Part shown: one piece after another, positions 12,397 through 25,939 of the stretch
How positions within the stretch are numbered: the first letter of the stretch is position 1
Layout of the letters: each line of letters opens with the position of its first letter
Assembly (NCBI RefSeq): GCF_040938485.1
Contig: NW_027271407.1
Span: 558,001-622,000, forward strand
Length of the DNA stretch: 64,000 nucleotides
Origin: Diadema antillarum
Lineage: Eukaryota
Reading direction: 5' to 3'
Program-made: the position numbers and the translations under genes
The notes under the pieces: model-generated
Told to the model about the DNA's origin: nothing
Seen by the model: the letters and a program-made list of their open reading frames with translations, nothing else
Database searches by the model: none

Positions 12397-13289
12397 TGTA
12401 AATGGACTAAAACTATTGTTTGTAGATAACCAGGGATTTATGCTGAACAAGGTCCGATTATATGGTTAATACAATATTAATCAATGTCGTTATCATCTGC
12501 AAAATTAGAGAATATGTTTGAAGAAAAAAATTAAATTCTTTCTAATACATTCAATGTTCCTTAAATCACCTATTGTAATAATTTTATAGTAATTATGTTG
12601 AAACTGTGGCATTAACAAAATTATTTCTGTGGTATATTAAAAAAAAGTGTCGTTACATCTCTCAACATTTTTCATTACTTTAAACCACATTGACTGCTTG
12701 TTCAATTCAGTTCAATTCAATTCATTGATTTTTTTTCATTCTGCTTTTTCCAACAAAACATACCTAAAGACAAAAGAACCGTCCATATATCCATGTATAT
12801 GCGTGTCAAACTGTAATATATGATACCTTGGCCCCAAGTTTGAATTCTTTCAAAATAGATTTAAAGAAATTTCTTATAGATATGTAAAAAGAAAATCATC
12901 TTAGCTTCATTACTGAATATAATATTTCTGCTTTCTTATTTCAATCCGAATTATGAGAATGAAAATGTTGAACCGTCAATGATTGCAGAAGTACCGAGAC
13001 AATGTTGCCTTAATTTTCTGGTAAAATTGATAGCTCAGTGGTCCCATTTACACATCCTTTTTTGTCTCCGCAATCGACATTCTCCCATCTTCACCGTGCT
13101 CTCTTTCCCTTCCTCTTCTTCCTCTTTTCCCATTCTCCTTTCTTCACTACTACAGTCTTGTGAGAGTGTTGTGATTTGTCTGCGCGTTTCTTCGGGAGTG
13201 GTAATAGGTTTGTATTCTTAATTCATTTAATTCGGTTTGACAATTCCACTTATGCAAAAGAATATACAAGCAGGTCAATCACATATTGT

Positions 13290-14050
13290 TATTTCAAGCT
13301 TTTTTGTTGGGGGGATGGCACCTATGGATGATTTTAATTCTCAAGGGTGTTATATCTTTGGTTGCTGATTCACTTACTCATCTATTCAATTTGTCAATTT
13401 TCGAGGGTGTATTTCCCGATAGAATGAAATTGGCGAAAGTGATCCCAATATTTAAGAAAGGCTATACACTTGTAATCAGTAATAATCGCCCAATTTAGTT
13501 ATCATCATCATTGTTTAAAGTTTTAGAAAAAACTCACTTACAAGAGAATTATTTTTTTGATAGAACATGAAGATTTTACAAATTCACAGTTCATGCTCTT
13601 TCACAATTCGTTGATAGAGTGGCTTATGTAATGGATAATCACTCCCATTTAATTATTATTTTCTTGGACTTCTCCAAAGCCTTTAACACGATTAATCATG
13701 ACATTTTACGTTACGCTCTATACTGATTTGCACTAGCTATGCAATCCGTGGGAAAGACAAACTCATCAATTACAGAATTTCAATGTGGCGTTCCTTAGAG
13801 AATTCTCTTAGGGCCGTTATGATTCATTATCTATACTTGTATTAATGATTTTTGTCACGTACCTGATGACCTCCCCTTTATCAATTTTGTTTTTTCAGAT
13901 GACAACAAGGTTTGTTCTTTTGTTTTTGCCCACAGTGAAATTGATTTTCTTGTTCACAAAATCACTTTTAAACTGGAAAAAAGTAACTGACTGGGTCAGA
14001 GGTAATAAGTTTTCCTTGAATGTCCAAAAAATGAAATATATGATTGTTAG
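13290..14050 (+). pseudogene. Degraded LINE (CR1/L2/Crack group) reverse-transcriptase fragment, interrupted by a Tc1-like element and resuming at 17430-17590
   Basis: Translated remnants LTHLFNLS..GVFPD..KLAKVIPIFKKG...NRPI, FLDFSKAF, ILGP and NKFSLNVQKMKYMI; after the transposon, KFLGVIVDNKLSWNSHIDYVCNKI. Many stops and frameshifts. Confidence 0.85.
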
Positions 14051-14473
14051 TAATTTTCCGGTTAATTTCATACTTTTGTCATTCAAGCTCCTGTTACAAG
14101 CATCCAATTTCACACAGTGCAACCCGGCGGAAATATACCGGCATTCAAATTCAGAAATCGAGCAATCAAATTTAATAATGGGAACTGTCATTTGTTCCTG
14201 GCAAATAAAAATCACGTATGTGCCTTCAATTTCCAAACGCTACCATTGCAGTTCTTACTTGTGCATTCATATTCGCGCGATAATCACGGGGAGCTTGTTT
14301 CGGGCGTTCAATTTTGTTTACGGGCGATCAATTTCCCTCTTCGTGCACTCTGGAGAAGAGAGGACAGACTTTCTAAGAAGAGATTAATGGCGAGGGGGGG
14401 GGGAGGGAAGAAGGGAAAAACAATTGTCATAAAACAAACGCCACAGTACGCGCAGCCCGCCGACGCCTCTTCC

Positions 14474-14507
<34 letters not shown>

Positions 14508-14734
14508 CGCAAAATAATTGGATAGTGTCAGGAGACAAGCAGGAAGGTACAGCCTTATATTTAAGCCTATCTCCAAAAAAGATATACAGATATATTATAA
14601 TAAATCATGTCATGGAAAATATCTTTGATAAATATAAAAACATCATAATTACAGCAAATTCAAACATGATTATACAAACCTATCAGATATATACACACAC
14701 ATGCGCACATACGCACACCTACACACAAACGGCC

Positions 14735-15015
14735 TAACAATCAGAAAATTCAGTGTATTGATTTAAAAGGTATAACTTGTATCTCCTTTGGAATAATCGT
14801 AATGATGTACTGCTTCGGATATCAGGAGGAATTCCGTTCCATATTTTTGGTCCATAGACAAATATCGATTTTTTAGACGGCAAGGTTCTGGCAAAAGGAA
14901 CAGTATATACATTAACATTGCTCATATAATATCTACAATTAGTATATAACTTAAAATAATCTAATAAACTTTTAGGAATCATAATTGTTAAAACACGAAT
15001 ACATAAATATTGCAC
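14735..15015 (-). mobile_element. 3' end of a CR1/L2/Crack-type LINE ORF2 carried inside the Tc1-like element
   Basis: VPFARTLPSKKSIFVYGPKIWNGIPPDIRSSTSLRLFQRRYKLYLLNQY is the typical ORF2 C-terminal tail of this LINE group. A truncated version lies at ~29680-29820. Confidence 0.75.
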
Positions 15016-15291
15016 ACTGATAAATGTAAATATCTTGAAATCTCAAAAGTTTCAATTGGTAAAATATTGGAGTAGTATGGGCATAATAATCACTGTGATT
15101 TATCACACGAATAATTTTCTTTTGAAGCTATAATATTCTATTTTCATTTGACATACTGGTGTGTGTGTGTGTGTGTGTATGTGTGTGTGTACAGTCAAAC
15201 CTGTCTGTAGCGGGCACCCAATGGAGACAAATAAGTGGCTATTTTTTATAGACAAGTTATCGCTATAGGACAGATGTATGTATTTGATATG

Positions 15292-15322
<31 letters not shown>

Positions 15323-15933
15323 GTCCTGTGTTGTTCTCTTATTGTATCTCCAAGATATCACATCTATATCATGTCTTTGTATAAAAATATGTTCATGTAT
15401 TCTCGTTCCATTTCATTAAATTTTGAATAAAAGCAAAGCCAACAGTACATCCATACGACACAACGTCACTGTTCTCTTATTGTATCTCCTAGATATCACA
15501 TCGATATCATGTTCTTGTTTGAAAATATGTTCATGTATTCTTCCATTTCATTCGATTTTGAATAAAGAAAAGCCAACAGTGCATCCAAACAACACAACGT
15601 CATTTTTTAATCTACACTCCTTGAAAACACCACAGACAAGAACAATAGTAACCACGCAAGGGCAAATCCGAACACCAATTGATAAACAACACGATATCAC
15701 AATCTCACCGGTAGAAAGATGCATACAAATCGACAACAACTGTGTACCTTACAACTTTTAACGGAAACATTTATTTCGTAATTCTTTGAAATACTTAACT
15801 AAAAGAATAAATATATCCTCAAGTATACATTGCTCAACTTGTCAAAGACATTTCCAGCTTGAAACCCTGCTACGAAGATAACACACTTCAGTCACTGCCA
15901 CAAAACCCCTAAAACAGTGAAAGGGTGGTTCTT

Positions 15934-16970
15934 TCAACCTTCGATCCTGTCGAGCGAGACATCGCAGCATGTAGACTTGAGCGTGGCTCATAGTCCTCCA
16001 TTGCTGTAGGTTCATCCCTGCTTGCTGAGCCGCTTCCCGGTCCCCGATACGACGTTGCCATTCTGGATGAGCAAGAACTCGCTTGACAGCAGCCTTAAAT
16101 GCCGAATGAGGCATTTTGGTTGGGTTCAGAAAAGGGCTGATACGGTGGCAGGAACCTGAGCTGGATCCGTAGGTATAGATACTTTCAGGAAACCGTGCTC
16201 TGACGTGGGGACGCGCGTTGTTAAAGACCAGAAAAATGGAATCATCCTGTGGAAATGGCTGCTCGCATTGACGAGCTTTTTCCGCTAGAAAAGCCTCAAA
16301 GGAATCCCTTATCACCGTTTCCTGCGATGCTGAATGATGAACAAAGCCGATCTCCCCAGATATGGCGAAAGTCATCAGTTGGTCATGTTGCAGTTTCTCC
16401 CATGCCTATGCACTTCTTACTGATACGCCACGCGGTGCTCTGCCAAACGATCTCTTCGTACAGATGTTCTAGCCCGTCTCATCGATGTACACACGGTGAG
16501 CCGCAACTCCTTGTTCCGTGAACCACTGCCAGTATTCAGGCGCAGGTCCATAACACGGATAGAATTACTCTCGTCGGGCACATCTTCTGTGAGCATTATG
16601 GTGATGAGCATTCCCTCTAGGGATCTGGCTATGGTGCTTTTGCGCTCCCGGGTGATATCTGTGGCAAAGAAGCTTGGAGGTCTGCTTTCAACTGTAGTGG
16701 AGTCATCAGGGAAATAAGCTCTTATGCATGCTGCAGACGATTTCTCATCTCATCGTCCATTTTGTGATGTCTTTCACCTCCCCTTGGCTGCTCATCATGT
16801 TGACCATCTTTCAAATACTTTTCTACTGTCGACCTGGCCGTTGCTCGGTTTATTCCAAGCGTGTCTGCCAGGGTCATGTAGTCATGATTGCCGTTCTCGA
16901 ATGCGTCCATCAACCTTCCCCTGTCCTTGTTTGAAAAGTGCCTGTAGCGTTGAGCGCGTTAAGCTGTCAT
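15934..16970 (-). pseudogene. Tc1/IS630-family transposase pseudogene (approximately DD34E)
   Basis: N-terminal HTH (LADTLGINRATARS, PRGG). DETGYN is preserved in copy 2. Here DNARPH reads NNARPH and LPPYSPFLNPxE reads ...NPTK. There are stops and frameshifts. Confidence 0.85.
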
Positions 16971-17620
16971 ATTACCTGAATGAGCTTTAACTTGAGAATG
17001 AACAGATGAACAGATATAGGCCCTACCCAAAGCAACTGTATTGATGATGGAGCCAATTTATTCAAAACTAAATTTAAAAAAGACACACATAAACCTCAAG
17101 CTCACGTAATGCAATAATGATTCATTTATTGAAATTGAATGCACTTATTTGGAACTTTGTTGCCTATTCACGAATATGAATGACCAACGAGATTCCGCCG
17201 CGCCGGCTTGAAATGAATTTGAATGCTCATTGCTGATAATATCATGCATGCTCCATCTGGAATTTGAATGACGCTAATGAACAATGATTGAATGTTGGGA
17301 TAGTGAATTTGAACGACAGGATTGGGAATTTCAAAGCTGATTCAGTGCTGCGAGCGTGAAATGCGTGAAACTGAATGCTCGGAATATCAATTTGAACGAC
17401 AAGAGTATGAAATTGACCGGGAAAACCTATGCTATTGATATTTTCTTAATCTTTTCTTTTCTTAATATGAAGAGTATCTTATATCAAATTTCTTGGTGTC
17501 ATTGTAGATAATAAACTTTCTTGGAACTCACATATTGATTATGTTTGTAACAAAATCTAGGATGATATAGGCGCTATGGATAGACTGTAATCTGACTAGA
17601 GTGACATGACGTGGAGTCGA

Positions 17621-18990
17621 TTTTTTTTTAATCTTTCATTTTTTTTATTAAACAACATCAAACAAAATTACAGAGATCAAAAACATGATTATACAAATAG
17701 AAATAAACAAGAAAAGAGAAAAAATAAGAAAAAGCAGCATACAGAAACCAATAATGTCAATTATGAATTACTAAACAACATACATTCTATCACGTAAAAC
17801 AGTGTTATAACGAGGTTTTTAGGAACATATTTTTACCATTAACCCTTTGCTTCATCAGGTCCGTAGTCTATCAAGATACAAAAACAAACAATAAAAGGGG
17901 ACCAACAAAATAAGTGATACATCCGGGACTCCGGGTTCAACTACATAAACAAGTTAAAAATCCAGTCTCCATTTTCGAAAATGTAAAGCAAGCGTGCCCT
18001 TTTTCTTTGCCAAAAAATACTCTAAATCCTTGTTAGTCTTAAGACAAGCTTTCAATCCCATGAACTCTGGGGTGGTACCCTGAAATTTACAAATATAAAT
18101 ATAGTATTTTACGAGAAGAAAAATATAAGTTAAAAATTTATCCTCATTTATACCAAACATTTTTTCAAAGTCTGAGACGATTCTATTTGTACCTTCTTTC
18201 TGATTAATGATACTGATAACCTCATTCCAAAGTGGCTTTATTTTCTCACATTGAAGGAATAAATGAACAATCGTCTCTGGCGTCTTGTTACATAAAGAGC
18301 AATTTGGCGAATCTTTTCTTTTAATCTTAAACAAAAAATCATTCAACGCAATTGCTTTATGAAAAACTTTGAAATAAAAGGAACGAAGCCGTGTATTAAT
18401 AGTACACTTAAAGTTCCTCAAGTGGATTTTCTCCTAATTCAAATTCTCACGCTCCACACCTAATCCTTCCCAAAAAGTGATACAGTTTTCAGGAAAACAC
18501 TCATCAACCATAATAGAATATGCGTATTTAGGTACTTTTATGGTTTGTACAAGCTTATTAGCAATCTTTCCATGTATATCAAGATCATGTACGTTAAGTC
18601 CATCCAACCAAGGAGAAGGAATGTTCTTCAACAAGATATTATATTTTCTTCTATCATGAGGAGAAATGTCGAAATCGAGTACTAACTCTTCAAAAAGTTT
18701 ATAACCTGGATGAGGGGGATTAAGAAGATCATGAATAAAAATAATGCACCATTGAACCATTCTTCATAATAAAAGAATTGCTTTGACCTAGATCTTATGT
18801 TTCTATTATACCAAATACATTGAAATGATCCCAAATATAGGAAATCATTGTCATATTCTTTCTTTACAAACTTCTCTCTAAAAAAGTACCAAGTTCTCAA
18901 TGAATCAGCTAGTTGAGTACAATCGAGTCTATTCAGAACACTTTCAGGAGCATGAGCTTTCCACAAAATATCTCTTCTCTTGTTGAATTT
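17621..18990 (-). mobile_element. 5'-truncated L1/Tx1-clade LINE insertion (1370 bp), present only in duplication copy A
   Basis: ORF2 C-terminus with a CCHC finger (CSLCNKTPETIVHLFLQC), AATAAA plus an A-rich tail at 17621-17650, and TSD GAGTCGA at 17614-17620 and 18991-18997. The empty site is visible at ~36548. Confidence 0.88.
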
Positions 18991-20039
18991 GAGTCGAATT
19001 TCTTTATATCATTCCTGCTCATGTGTCCCATTATTTCCTTGACTTATTTAGACGACACAATATAATTTCTTTCTAAGCAACAACTATATGTTTCTTTCAA
19101 CATGCTTCTGTCGATAATCGCTGTCTCTGCTGTGCTTTAGCCACTTTCGTATTGAATTCTGAAATCCTCATTAACTTTAAATACACAGCTCACCAGGTTC
19201 CCGAAGTGAACGGGTTAACTGATTCTCTTGTCTTTCTGTTTGTTAGTCTTGGATTCTGTTTTGTCTCTTGCGGCCTTTCCTTCAGTAGTCTAATTGTTGT
19301 CTAGTCTTGTTTATGTTCTTTCGTGAGACTTATTATTTTACGGTGCTCCTGTTATCATTTCATTGATGTTCTCAACCAGAGGAACCAACATTCCTCAAGC
19401 TCTGCCTTTTGAGTGGGTCCCTCCATTTTTCGCAATTTGCGCAATGTTATACTTCACTTCGACCACTTCTGTTTTTTAAAACGTATTATTATTCTAAGCA
19501 CTTTAAGTTTCCTCAATTTTTGCATAGTCTTTTCATTCTACAATGTTCTGTTTGCCTTATTCTCTGTTATCGATGGAAGTGAAATGTATATGTTTTGTTG
19601 AAAAAAGAAATAAACTTTGAAATGACAAATGAAAGTATCCTAATCCATCAAGAAAATCCAAAACTTAACATATTTGAACAATGTACTTGGTGAATAAAAC
19701 TTGATGTCTGAGGATGTTAAATGCAGCCGGTGTCTCTAGTGTTCTATATCATCTCACAAAATAATACCTTCTTTTCGCAATGTATCACATGAACTGGAAA
19801 TTTTGCTTACCGACCATTTCTTACCACGGTAAATATTTCTCATTTCTTTTCAATATCAATTTCAGAATGTAATTAGCACTTTTTCTAAGTAATTAGATTT
19901 TTTCTGTCTCTGTGTACTTCCCAACCGTTAATCAAATTCCAGTTGCCCAGTAGATGAGGATTTGAATAGATAAAATAAATTGATGTCGCTGTAAAATTCT
20001 CTGCAACGCAACATAAACGTTCAAAGTCAAAAACGTTTC

Positions 20040-21455
20040 TTACATATCCACTTTGTAAATCATCGGTTCTGCATTAGGTGTACCTGTTATTTTTTCGCTA
20101 AAAATAGCCCCTTTTTGCGATGCGCTTGTGGTTGATTTGAACAATTCTGCTATAATCGCCTTACGGAACGAAGGATACTGAATTGCATAAATGACAGGAT
20201 TTGCGCAAGAATTGCAGAAAGCTAAGACATTGAGAGCGAAATATATGGGGCTGAACAAATAGGACATTGGCACCAAACGAAAGTTGTACAAGAGATATCC
20301 CGTCTGTGTTGGTGTCCAAGAGATGACGAAAACAACGATAACAATGAACAGAATCTTGAGAACATTTTTCCTAGCTACAAGGTACCTAGCTGAAGAGTTC
20401 GATTCATGACAGTTAGAATCTTCTCCCAGCCTCTGGCGGGATTGTCGATGGAGTACCAGTGCGGTGAGGGCTTGGGCTACAAGCATGATGAAACCAGGTA
20501 TTACAAACTCAATGAGGAAAACCATACAGCCTGTCATAATTTGGGAAAAGTGTGAGTGAAACTTGTCAGTGCATGTACCGCCTTTGGCCCTAGCTATGAA
20601 GAATATGTAAAGGTTTACCAAAAACGCGGTAAGCCATGCCACGGCAACAGCGTTGAAAACTCTCTGCCGTGTTACAAGCCTCTTGAAATGAAGAGGGTGG
20701 GCAATCGCTATGTATCTCTCCAGTGGAATCAATGTCAGAATAAAGATGGAGGCACCCACTGAAACCCACATTAACACAGCAGAATAAATCAACTTGCAAT
20801 AGACATCTCCTAACCATGTTTCAGGAACCTTGAGTGGAGTAGGCAGGGGAACCATGAAAACTGACGTCAATAAATCCGCAACGGCCAGAGCACCAATCAG
20901 TGCATCAGTCGATCGACAAATGTGGCGCCTTTGGAATAACACCAGGATCACGGTTATGTTTCCCACTATTCCAAGCACTGACATTGCTAGTTGCGGAATC
21001 GTCACCCATGTCCACACAACTGACTGCCACTTCCAAAATAGTTGAGGGACTACAGCTACGTTCTCCTTTTGCGCAGTAGAATTCGGTGTACCAATAACCG
21101 CAGCCTCTGTATAGATGTCTGTCAGATTTTCAGCATTGATTTCAAAACCATCCTTTTGAGGAAGTGTCTTGATTTGAACGGATATATCGGGGTGCGGGTT
21201 GGTTTGAATGCGAAAATATCCTTGTTCAAACTTAATAGAAACTGGATCACTGTTTGAAGTCTGTCTATGTGTGGTCTGGTAGCCGTCAGGGGCCTCAATG
21301 TCTGAAGAACTTTTAACACTGACAACTGATACACCCACAGTGTTTGGGATAAAATTCTCAGGAGCTGTAGTGCTGACCGGTTGTGCAGTGACTGTTAGAT
21401 GGAACCTTCTTGATATGATGAGGACAACAATCATTCGAGTTGTCAATATCCTCAT
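20040..21455 (-). CDS. G3: orphan class A GPCR paralog, 471 aa
   Basis: Open frame from ATG 21455 with the LAVAD, ERY, SWTP and NPVIY motifs. Confidence 0.93.
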   Translation of the reverse strand: MRILTTRMIVVLIISRRFHLTVTAQPVSTTAPENFIPNTVGVSVVSVKSSSDIEAPDGYQTTHRQTSNSDPVSIKFEQGYFRIQTNPHPDISVQIKTLPQKDGFEINAENLTDIYTEAAVIGTPNSTAQKENVAVVPQLFWKWQSVVWTWVTIPQLAMSVLGIVGNITVILVLFQRRHICRSTDALIGALAVADLLTSVFMVPLPTPLKVPETWLGDVYCKLIYSAVLMWVSVGASIFILTLIPLERYIAIAHPLHFKRLVTRQRVFNAVAVAWLTAFLVNLYIFFIARAKGGTCTDKFHSHFSQIMTGCMVFLIEFVIPGFIMLVAQALTALVLHRQSRQRLGEDSNCHESNSSARYLVARKNVLKILFIVIVVFVISWTPTQTGYLLYNFRLVPMSYLFSPIYFALNVLAFCNSCANPVIYAIQYPSFRKAIIAELFKSTTSASQKGAIFSEKITGTPNAEPMIYKVDM

Positions 21456-21860
21456 TTTTCTTGTCTTTTCCCTGTAAAGAAAATGATATAATAAACTGAA
21501 TGCGAGGAGCTGATTCGGATATTATGTAAACGATTCATTAAACAGTAGTCATGCAATATCACCTCAATGCGTACAATTTTTCGTTTTACTCACTGACAAA
21601 TAATTGCCATTTCTCTTTTTTAATGAAATCATCATGAAAGAGAACCACAAACACTAATTGATTATCACGCATCTGGAGATTGGTTGCTAAACATAATTTT
21701 GAGAATACATGATAACCTGCTTATAAGGTCATACACACGTAATCTACGGAACTTGTGACGTTGCATTCAATATCACCCTTTCATGATAGCAGATCAAACT
21801 TAAGAATCCATCCCTTTCTTAACTTCACCTCAAAAATACGATGCTACTAAGATATATGAT

Positions 21861-21901
<41 letters not shown>

Positions 21902-22008
21902 GAATGATTGTGTCAAATCTGAACGTATGCTAACTATCTATGAAATATTCCATTCACGTTTCTGTTCAGGCGTTTTCTGAACATTTCTGTTCAACTTTCA
22001 AAGCTTAC

Positions 22009-22170
22009 CCGAAGAAGCTGCAGTCTTAAGCATAGATAACCAATATCAGCAGTCCACGTACATCCACGCTTCGTTGAAATGATGCTTTCGAATTGCATGT
22101 CTTTGGACTTAAATAGTTAGCGTCAGATTATGCGCATGAGCAGAGCATGGGTTGAAGTCAGCCAATGACA
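22009..22170 (-). promoter_or_regulatory. Predicted G3 core promoter and non-coding exon 1 (intron 21472-22008)
   Basis: CCAAT at 22162-22166, TGCGCATG at 22131-22138, TATTTAAG at the TATA position, GTAAG donor at 22008, acceptor TTTCTTTACAG| 16 nt before the ATG. Confidence 0.7.
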
Positions 22171-22220
22171 AAATACGTCTAAAATGATTCCATATTGTAC
22201 TCCTACACATACACCCCCCA

Positions 22221-22258
<38 letters not shown>

Positions 22259-23646
22259 AAGCAAATAGTCTAGCACCGCACCCAATTACCAAATTACTCG
22301 TGCACCACAGATCTGTAAGGCCTCCAACTGAATCAACAATAACGCAAGGAGACATTATTAAGACCGATCATTAAATTCCTCTGCATGATTATGTATAAGC
22401 AAAGCAAGTAAAACACTCAACAGAACACATCACTGCGTAAATCAAGCATACCACGTGATGATGTTGCCTGATGCACGGACCTACGTTCGTGCAGCCATTA
22501 TTTTCTTAGAGAGATTCAATAATTTCGATGTTTTGTTTTGGTCTTATACGGAATGCAGTGGATCAATAACGTATTCTACATTAAAGCAGTTCAAAGAATT
22601 TTTGCGCTACTGATACCTAGCTTCATTTACGTTTACTGAATGAAGGTCTATGATCAAAAAATTGAATATTTTCTTTTACTGTCGCTGACGTTATGGTATC
22701 CTCTTTTGAATAATGAATATTTAAAACATTCGCTCATGATTCACAAAAAAGTAAACTCTACGGAAAAAAAAAATCATGATTCAGACACGCACTTTAATGA
22801 GATCAGGGAGGTGACCTCCCTGATGAGATGAGGCAAAGCAATGAATTTAATGAAAAGATTGATGTGCAAATTCAGTGTCCAAGCCAACAACTGCCTAAAT
22901 TATTGTAAGGTAAATATATGCTTCACATTAGTGCGTCTTCAAAAAAATGCAGTAAAAATCGGAAGTGAAATATTTACGTTTTTGTTGCTGTTGTTGAGAT
23001 GGATTCCTTTTCCTGACCACAGTAGGACAGTTGGTATAATGTGAAGTCTTAACGTAATTCAGTTAAATGCATTGTCATTAAATGCTGATGAAACAATTGA
23101 GTTTGAGTCAACGTACACCAACAGAGAATATTATTATTTATGTCAATGATTAAAAAAACTAAATCGATTCAAGTCTTTTTTTCAATTGGTGGGGATAAGT
23201 ATTGATTCACACAGAACAGGGTCCGATCATTTACACAGCGTTCATTCAACAATATCTAAAGATATATCGATCCTCTCGAAAGTCAGGAATATGTTACTAA
23301 ACACACTCTGAAAATTATCTCAAATGCATAGATACGATTTCATATTGCCTACTGTGATATTGTTTGAGGGAAATTGTGGTACTAGCAAAATAAATTCTAT
23401 AATATTGTAATGACAAAAAATGTGCCATAAGATTTATGACTTGTCTATACTACTTAGTACACATTGAATCTATATTTCATGACTTAGATGTGTTAAAGAC
23501 CCTTACTTAGTCCTCCCATATACACATGGCAAACCGCAATATTCATGTGTAAATTTAAAATTATCTAAAAAGTCTTTATAATACTTAAAAATACGTTGGC
23601 TTTACATATAGGCCTTCATTCATATCCTATTCGTGATGCAAAAGAC

Positions 23647-23880
23647 CATGTTGCGACACGGATTGTCGCCCCTACACGGATTGTCTCCTCCTGCTCGGGG
23701 CGACAATCCGTGACGGGCGCTGGCGGCACGGATTGTCGCCCCCGTCACGGATTGTCTCCTGGCGACAATCCGTGACGCTTGTGCGGTTCCCAGTTTTTGA
23801 CCTCGAAGGCGACAATCCGTGTTGGCAAAAAATTTGTTGCGACACGGATTGTCGCCCCGTCACGGATTGTCGCCTCGGGC
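23647..23880. repeat. Cluster of nine CACGGATTGTC(G/T)CC motifs (six direct, three inverted); probable terminus of an unclassified DNA transposon
   Basis: Direct copies at ~23657, 23675, 23727, 23746, 23843 and 23861; inverted copies at ~23699, 23761 and 23808. The cluster begins exactly where homology with duplication copy B ends. Confidence 0.7.
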
Positions 23881-23939
23881 TTGGGGTGGTTCCTCCGGTG
23901 TTAAGCTTTGGTGGGATGGGTATGACTGGTAAGTTATGC

Positions 23940-23987
<48 letters not shown>

Positions 23988-25289
23988 TGTGAGCTGCATG
24001 ATATGTGATATGTATAATTTGTTGTTGTTGTGTGTGTGTGTGTGTATATGTGTGTGTGTTTGGAGTATAATTTTTTTTTTTTATTGTTCCATATTCCACA
24101 TTTCAACAAATACATAAAACATAAACATCACAATACAAAAGCCTGGATGAATTGTCACGTACAGCTTGTAAGACAATAAAACATGTGAAATATGAGGAAT
24201 CTACATAGAAGCATTGCTTGTAGGGTGTAGATTCCCGGATGCGGATGTGAGATTATTTCTTACTTAGGTATGTAATTAAAGGAATGACAATTTCTGAATT
24301 GGAGAAATATAAACGCCAAAAAGTAAAAAGAAAAAGAGAAAAGAAAACAATGAAAACAATGTCCGCGACACAGACTTCTTGAGTGTTGCGTGATAATAAT
24401 ACAATATACCTGTGCATGTGTGATGGTTGTATAGTGGTAGTGGTTTGCTTGTCTGTGTGTATACGTGTGCCTGTATGCTTACGTGTGTATGTGGAATATA
24501 GTGGCGCTACTGTGGCAATACAAACGCCTTCAGAGTGTATGAGCACGTGTTTAAAAAATTCACACCAGCGTTGATCTAAAATAGTATGGGTGTGTCAACC
24601 AATATCAGCGGTGAGGCGGGCTAGGCGAGAGAGAGACCGAGAGAAAATACATACGAGGGAGGTACCCTCCCCAAATGTTATTTGTCTTTGTTCATTTTTC
24701 ACTGCAGTCATTTTCTTCCATCAGTCTTATAAACTAGAACGTCCACACCACTATTCTTTGTCCAAGAATAGGTTTGGCATGCTTTATGCATGAGCGAATA
24801 ATTTCCACACGCCGTAAAAAATTTGTCAATCGTTAGTTGATTTTAGCACAAACGAACTGCCATTGCACACCGCTAATACATACGTAATACAAACAAACAC
24901 CAACAAACACTCAAACAAATCCTCATAATGCATATAAACCAACTCAACACTTTTTTCCTTGATATTTATTGATTTTATTCAAATCATTCATAAATCGACC
25001 CATTCTGGGTGTAACATGAACAAAAAAACAACAAAACCATTTGTCAATTTATACCACAAATAATCTCACTTCAACATAGATCAACTCGATTATAATTATA
25101 TTTCTTCACGAGAAAGTTTTGACATGTAGGGCCCTACCAAACCTATATTCCTTGAATATATTGGTCTGGATCATGTAACACCTTCTTACTTACAAGGGCA
25201 TATACATAAAAAGACACATATACATTACACAATTCTAGAATGAAATCAGTCATAAAAAAACCCCGACCACCCCAGGATCAAACTGAATA

Positions 25290-25939
25290 ATGTGACCCTG
25301 CACCACAAAACAAACAAAAAGTCGCCCGACATGAAATTTTATTTAAGAGCACATTCTGAAAAAGCAGACATTTAGCTTTAAAATGATATATGACTCGAAT
25401 CAAATTGACTCTCCTAACCTATCTAAATATTGGAAAAAGGCACACACTCAGGAAAAGTGTGAACTGAGAAAAGAGGCTCTGAAGTACAGTGTCTATTCAA
25501 GCGCTTAATCTTTACCAAGCCGTGCTGGCTGTGCGATGAATGGGACAAAAAAACAGGATGTAATTCACTGGAGTAACAACAATGAAGGGCTTATCAGATT
25601 AAGTTGAAATTGATCATGCCTTATAAACACATTCTGTCCTTAATTAATGCCAATTTTCAAAGCAGTAGCGCCATCCTTTCATAGGATTTAAAGCGAAGAG
25701 CGTGTACAAGGTTCTTAAGAAATGAAAACGGGACTGTAAAGACACAATCAATCACACTACTCTGTCAAATAATGTTCCAGAAAAACGGCTAAAAACACAC
25801 TTTCCTGTCCATTTTATGATCCTAAATTTTAGCATTGTGTAAAAGAAGTCTCCTCGGTTGACCTATGTCACCTATTTTTAGTCCTCAGACAAAATCAATG
25901 TGTGCGACTTTTTGTTCGTTTTGTGGTGCACGGTCACAT
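25290..25939. mobile_element. Full-length ~650-bp MITE with ~36-bp TIRs
   Basis: Left ATGTGACCCTGCACCACAAAACAAACAAAAAGTCGC and right GCGACTTTTTGTTCGTTTTGTGGTGCACGGTCACAT. No coding capacity. Two further copies lie in the window. Confidence 0.85.

Larger units (their letters stand above)
14053..17427 (-). mobile_element. Tc1/IS630-like DNA transposon, copy 1 (defective, ~3.4 kb)
   Basis: Imperfect TIRs TTTTCCGGTTAATTTCATACT and AGTATGAAATTGACCGGGAAAACC followed by TA. The subterminal arms are rich in ATTCAAATTC motifs. It contains a transposase pseudogene. Confidence 0.85.
12819..23646. repeat. Segmental duplication copy A (LINE/Tc1 block plus G3 unit)
   Basis: Colinear with 25939-41420 from TATGATACCTT(G/T)GCCCCAAGTTTGAATTC to TATTCGTGATGCAAAAGAC. 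Both copies share the same Tc1 insertion site. Confidence 0.9.

Noticed and set aside
13845-14737. 180-aa and 206-aa plus-strand ORFs as host genes
   Set aside because: They are chance read-through from the LINE RT remnant into the transposon arm and a microsatellite.
15934-16970. IS630-like transposase as bacterial contamination or recent horizontal transfer
   Set aside because: It is decayed, nested in a eukaryotic LINE and duplicated with host genes; Tc1/IS630-type elements are common in animals.
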